The position numbers and the translations under genes are program-made. Source: Verrucomicrobiia bacterium (GTDB lineage Bacteria; Verrucomicrobiota; Verrucomicrobiia; Palsa-1439). From it: a DNA stretch of 48,953 bases. Every line of letters begins with the position of its first letter. Positions within the stretch are counted from its first letter, which is position 1. The stretch is taken from positions 1 through 48,953 of the forward strand of contig JBEKYJ010000002.1 of assembly GCA_049511095.1 (NCBI GenBank), written 5' to 3'. The notes below the pieces were generated by a model. That model did not search any database. It had not been told where the DNA came from and was given only the letters and a program-made list of their open reading frames with translations. This document shows positions 45,911 to 48,953 of the stretch, one piece after another.

Positions 45911-47110
45911 TTAATTGCTTCCACGTTTGTCATTCAACGCGCGGCCCATTTTCTCGACCGCCTCATCCACGTCCGCCCGCGTGATATTCAACGGCGGCAG
46001 AAAGCGCACAACATTCTTTCCCGCCGCGATGCCGATCAATCCGTACTCGGCCAGTTGTAGCACCGCCGGACGCGCCTCCATCGCCACTTCGACGCCGATC
46101 ATCAATCCGATGCCGCGCACCTCGCGAATAGCAGTGCATTTTGCCGTTAATGCCCGCAACTTGCCAATAAAATACTCGCCCACCTCGCGCGCGTTCCGCA
46201 GCAACCCGTCGCGCTCCAGCGCGTCGAGCACCGCCAATGCCACCGAACAAGCCAGCGGCGTGCCGCCAAACGTCGTGCCGTGCGTGCCCGGCCCCAACAC
46301 GTCCGCGTACGGCCCGCGCACCCAGATCGCGGCGATCGGAAAACCGCCGCCGAGTCCCTTCGCCCACGAAATCGCATCGGCCTGAACGTCCGGCGCGATT
46401 GCGCGAAATCCCAGAAACTCTCCTGTCCGTCCCATGCCGCATTGAACCTCGTCAAACATCAGCAACAGATGCCGCTCATCACACAGCCGCCGCAACCCGC
46501 GCAAAAACTCCGGCGTGGCAGGCCGAATCCCGCTCTCGCCCTGGATCGCTTCGAGCAGGACCGCCACCGTCTTCGGCGTGATGGCCTTCGCCACCGCGTC
46601 GAGATCGTTGAACGGCACGTGACGGAAGCCTTCGACGGGCGGCTCGAACCCGTGTTTCACTTTTTCCTGCCCCGTCGCGCTGATGCCCGCCAGCGTCCGA
46701 CCGTGAAAACTATCCTGGAACGTCAAAATCTCGTAGCGTCCTCCATATTCGTTCCCATATTTCCGCGCCACCTTGAACAACGCCTCATTCGCCTCGCCGC
46801 CGCTGTTGCAAAAAAAACATTTGCCCTCGACGCCCACCAACTCGACAAGCCGCTTCGCCAGCCGTCCCTGCGGCTCGGTGTAATACAGGTTCGACGCGTG
46901 CACGAGCACGCTCGCCTGTTTCGCCAGAATCTCCGCCATCGCCGAGTGGCCCAGCAAATTGACCGCGATGCCGCCGCCAAAATCCAGATACTCCTTGCCG
47001 TCCGCGTCCCACACCCGCGCCCCCTTGCCGCGCACAAACACCAGCGGATACCGCGCGTAGCTCGGCACCACGTACCGATCAAACAACCCGACGATTTCGG
47101 AACGGTTCAT
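45911..47110 (-). CDS. argD: Acetylornithine aminotransferase (class III)
   Basis: Starts MNRSEIV at 47110; FFCNSGGEANE, SFHGRT, FDEVQCGMGRTG, AKGLGGG, HGTTFGG; upstream of argF. Confidence 0.93.
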   Translation of the reverse strand: MNRSEIVGLFDRYVVPSYARYPLVFVRGKGARVWDADGKEYLDFGGGIAVNLLGHSAMAEILAKQASVLVHASNLYYTEPQGRLAKRLVELVGVEGKCFFCNSGGEANEALFKVARKYGNEYGGRYEILTFQDSFHGRTLAGISATGQEKVKHGFEPPVEGFRHVPFNDLDAVAKAITPKTVAVLLEAIQGESGIRPATPEFLRGLRRLCDERHLLLMFDEVQCGMGRTGEFLGFRAIAPDVQADAISWAKGLGGGFPIAAIWVRGPYADVLGPGTHGTTFGGTPLACSVALAVLDALERDGLLRNAREVGEYFIGKLRALTAKCTAIREVRGIGLMIGVEVAMEARPAVLQLAEYGLIGIAAGKNVVRFLPPLNITRADVDEAVEKMGRALNDKRGSN

Positions 47111-47450
47111 TTCGCGGTCATCATGCGGAGCGCCGCTTTCCGTTGCAAGGATTTTGCGCGCCAACGCATTCCGCGTCCAATCCGGTGTAGCTTGGGCCCG
47201 CTCGCGAATCCTTTTCGGAGCTGTCACCAGCCCATCCGGGGTGTACCGTGTGAACGCCATCGCCACCCGGTCCCCTCCACCGGAGGGGATTAAGGGGTGG
47301 GTAACGGCGGCGTGGCAAACGAAAGCGGCCCGGTCAGTGGCCCTGTACCATCGCTGGATTTCCCCGGGAAGTTGTAGGCCGCAAGCCGAGTCCTCGAGAC
47401 GCAAGCCCGTCGTGCCGTGCTTGCAACCCTCACGCGGCGTTTATTTGGAG
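47103..47450. repeat. Direct repeat copy 1 (argD promoter plus hairpin modules)
   Basis: Highly similar to 48103-48419; starts exactly 1000 nt earlier. Confidence 0.9.
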
Positions 47451-47503
47451 TGACTGGCAGCGCTCAAACGACTCAGCGACGGTAAGGTAGATGACAAATT
47501 CGG

Positions 47504-47538
47504 TTGAAATCCACTCACGCTGGCAATAGACTGTCTAT
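47504..47538 (+). promoter_or_regulatory. Leaderless TA promoter with operator palindrome
   Basis: TTGAAA-17-TAGACT-6 nt-GTG; palindrome ATAGAC-T-GTCTAT covers the -10 element. Confidence 0.65.
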
Positions 47539-47745
47539 GTGATAAACGTCGCGCGAGAAACGGCAGACACCGTGTACAACACGATCCGACGCCTCAAGCC
47601 CAAGGAGCGGGATGCGGTATTTGTGCGTCTGCTGGAGGACCGGCGATTCCGGGAAGACCTGCTCGATATCGCCACCATCGAGCAACGCCGCAAAGAACCG
47701 GGCCGTCCGCTACGCGAGTATCTGGCCGCGCGCAAACCGAAGTAG
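47539..47745 (+). CDS. Putative antitoxin
   Basis: 68 aa ending 3 nt upstream of a RelE-type toxin; EDLLDIATIEQRRKEP...L motif. Confidence 0.75.
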   Translation: MINVARETADTVYNTIRRLKPKERDAVFVRLLEDRRFREDLLDIATIEQRRKEPGRPLREYLAARKPK

Positions 47746-47748
47746 CGC

Positions 47749-48003
47749 ATGGCCTACACGGTCATCCTCAAACGCTCGGCGGAGCGGGAACTCGACCGAT
47801 TGCCCGCCCAACTTCACGACCGCATCACCCGCAAGTTGCTGGAACTGGAAGATGATCCCCGACCACACGGCGTCCAGAAACTTCACGGCCAGGATCGCTA
47901 CCGCATCCGCATCGGCGACTATCGCGTGCTCTACATCATTGATGACCGCGCGCAAACGGTGGAGATCGTCGCTGTCGGCCACCGCCGTGACGTGTACCGG
48001 TAG
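47749..48003 (+). CDS. relE: RelE/ParE-family type II toxin
   Basis: AERELDRLP, PRPHGVQKL, YRIRIGDYRVLY, VGHRRDVY. Confidence 0.93.
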   Translation: MAYTVILKRSAERELDRLPAQLHDRITRKLLELEDDPRPHGVQKLHGQDRYRIRIGDYRVLYIIDDRAQTVEIVAVGHRRDVYR

Positions 48004-48102
48004 ACCCGTCCCGACCGCGGCCCTGTACTACCGCTGGATTTCCCTGGGAAGTTGTAGGCCGCAAACCGCCCTTTCACTTGGCGAATCGTCCGCCGCACTG
48101 CT

Positions 48103-48419
48103 CGGCTCATTGTGCGATCATCATGCGGAGTGCCGCTTTCCGCTGCAAGGATTTTGCGCACCAGCGCATTCCGCGTCCAATCCGGTGTAGCGTGGGCCCG
48201 CTCGCGAATCCTTTTCGGAGCTGTCACCAGCCCATCCGGGCTGTACCGGCGGCCTGCGACCGCCGCGCCATTCGCCTATCTCCCCTCCACCGGAGGGGAT
48301 TAAGGGGTGGGTCACGGCGTCGTGGCAAATGAAAGCGACGCGGTCAGTGGCCCCGTACCACCACTGTTCTTCCTTGGGAAGTTGTAGGCCGCGTGCCCTC
48401 ACGCGGCGATTATTTGGAG
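48103..48419. repeat. Direct repeat copy 2
   Basis: See 47103-47450; a third partial copy of its 3' 46 nt lies at 48019-48064. Confidence 0.9.
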
Positions 48420-48466
48420 AACCTGGTCGAGACGGTGCGCTGTTGCCAGAAGAACACGCCGAGCCT

Positions 48467-48620
48467 TCAATTCACTTCGTTCATCTGAACGGGAATTGTC
48501 TGAGTCGCGCCGTCTCTCAGGATGACCAAATTCGCCTTTTTGCCCGCGAATTGCGGAATCTTCGCCATAAAGTCCTGTGTAGATGAAATGTATGCGCCTG
48601 ACGGAGCACGTCTGGTTTCA
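48467..48620 (-). pseudogene. Possible PDZ-domain C-terminal remnant
   Basis: ISSTQDFMAKIPQFAGKKANLVILRDGATQTIPVQMNEVN* with an out-of-frame LKPDV upstream. Confidence 0.3.
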
Positions 48621-48784
48621 GGTGCCAAGTCACTGTCTTATTGCTTCGCAGCCTGATTCCGGTAAAATGAAACCAGCGGTTCGAACAATTTGTGGGCTGG
48701 TGGATTGACCACATTCTCCTGCTGGAATCCAAGAGATTGATTGATGCAGTCCCGGTTCTGAGTCCGATCCGACCGCGATAAAAC

Positions 48785-48953
48785 ATGATTGAAGCGTCAA
48801 AATCCGATCTATTGAGACCTCCGGGTTCATCCGAGGAGGACAACGCCCCGGTCAATGTTGATGCCATCCTGCAATCGATACTCGGCAGGGGAGGCGAACG
48901 TTTCGGCATGGCCGCCGCCGTTCTGCGGGGCGAGCGCATCATCGCCCAAGGTG
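48785..48953 (+). CDS. Probable serine hydrolase (beta-lactamase-related), 5' part
   Basis: MIEASK...VDAILQSIL...GMAAAVLRGERIIAQG resembles the N-terminus of AmpC-like hydrolases; truncated by the window. Confidence 0.5.
   Translation, partial: MIEASKSDLLRPPGSSEEDNAPVNVDAILQSILGRGGERFGMAAAVLRGERIIAQG

Noticed and set aside
47111-47404. 98-aa N-terminal extension of ArgD
   Set aside because: It runs through repeat DNA; homology and a promoter place the start at 47110.

Overview
High-GC bacterial chromosome segment, probably Verrucomicrobiota. This is inferred from the ileS-dksA-like-lspA order, a DUF5069-type gene and secreted repeat proteins with DxDxDG tails. Housekeeping blocks are uvrB (5' part), ileS/lspA, a xylA-araA-ADH-araB-araD-eda pentose operon, sucC-sucD and argD-argF. 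Three repeat-rich accessory zones interrupt them (6.9-9.9 kb, 27.8-31.3 kb, 47.1-48.6 kb), and a two-component/secreted-protein island lies at 31-40 kb. No rRNA, tRNA or CRISPR array was found. Two candidate undescribed systems stand out. (1) A modular non-coding element occurs twice, collinear. Each copy has a 22-bp inverted repeat with a fixed 47-nt variable spacer, a conserved sigma70 promoter followed by a boxA-like motif, one-strand arrays of many different GTAG-headed REP-like hairpins with compensatory base changes, an unrelated AT-richer cargo gene, and a conserved right-hand module. (2) A translationally coupled operon joins a squalene/phytoene synthase to a PhnD-like binding protein and a TPR lipoprotein resembling the BstB/BstC sterol carriers, suggesting triterpenoid (hopanoid-type) trafficking. 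All calls come from reading the sequence; no searches were run.
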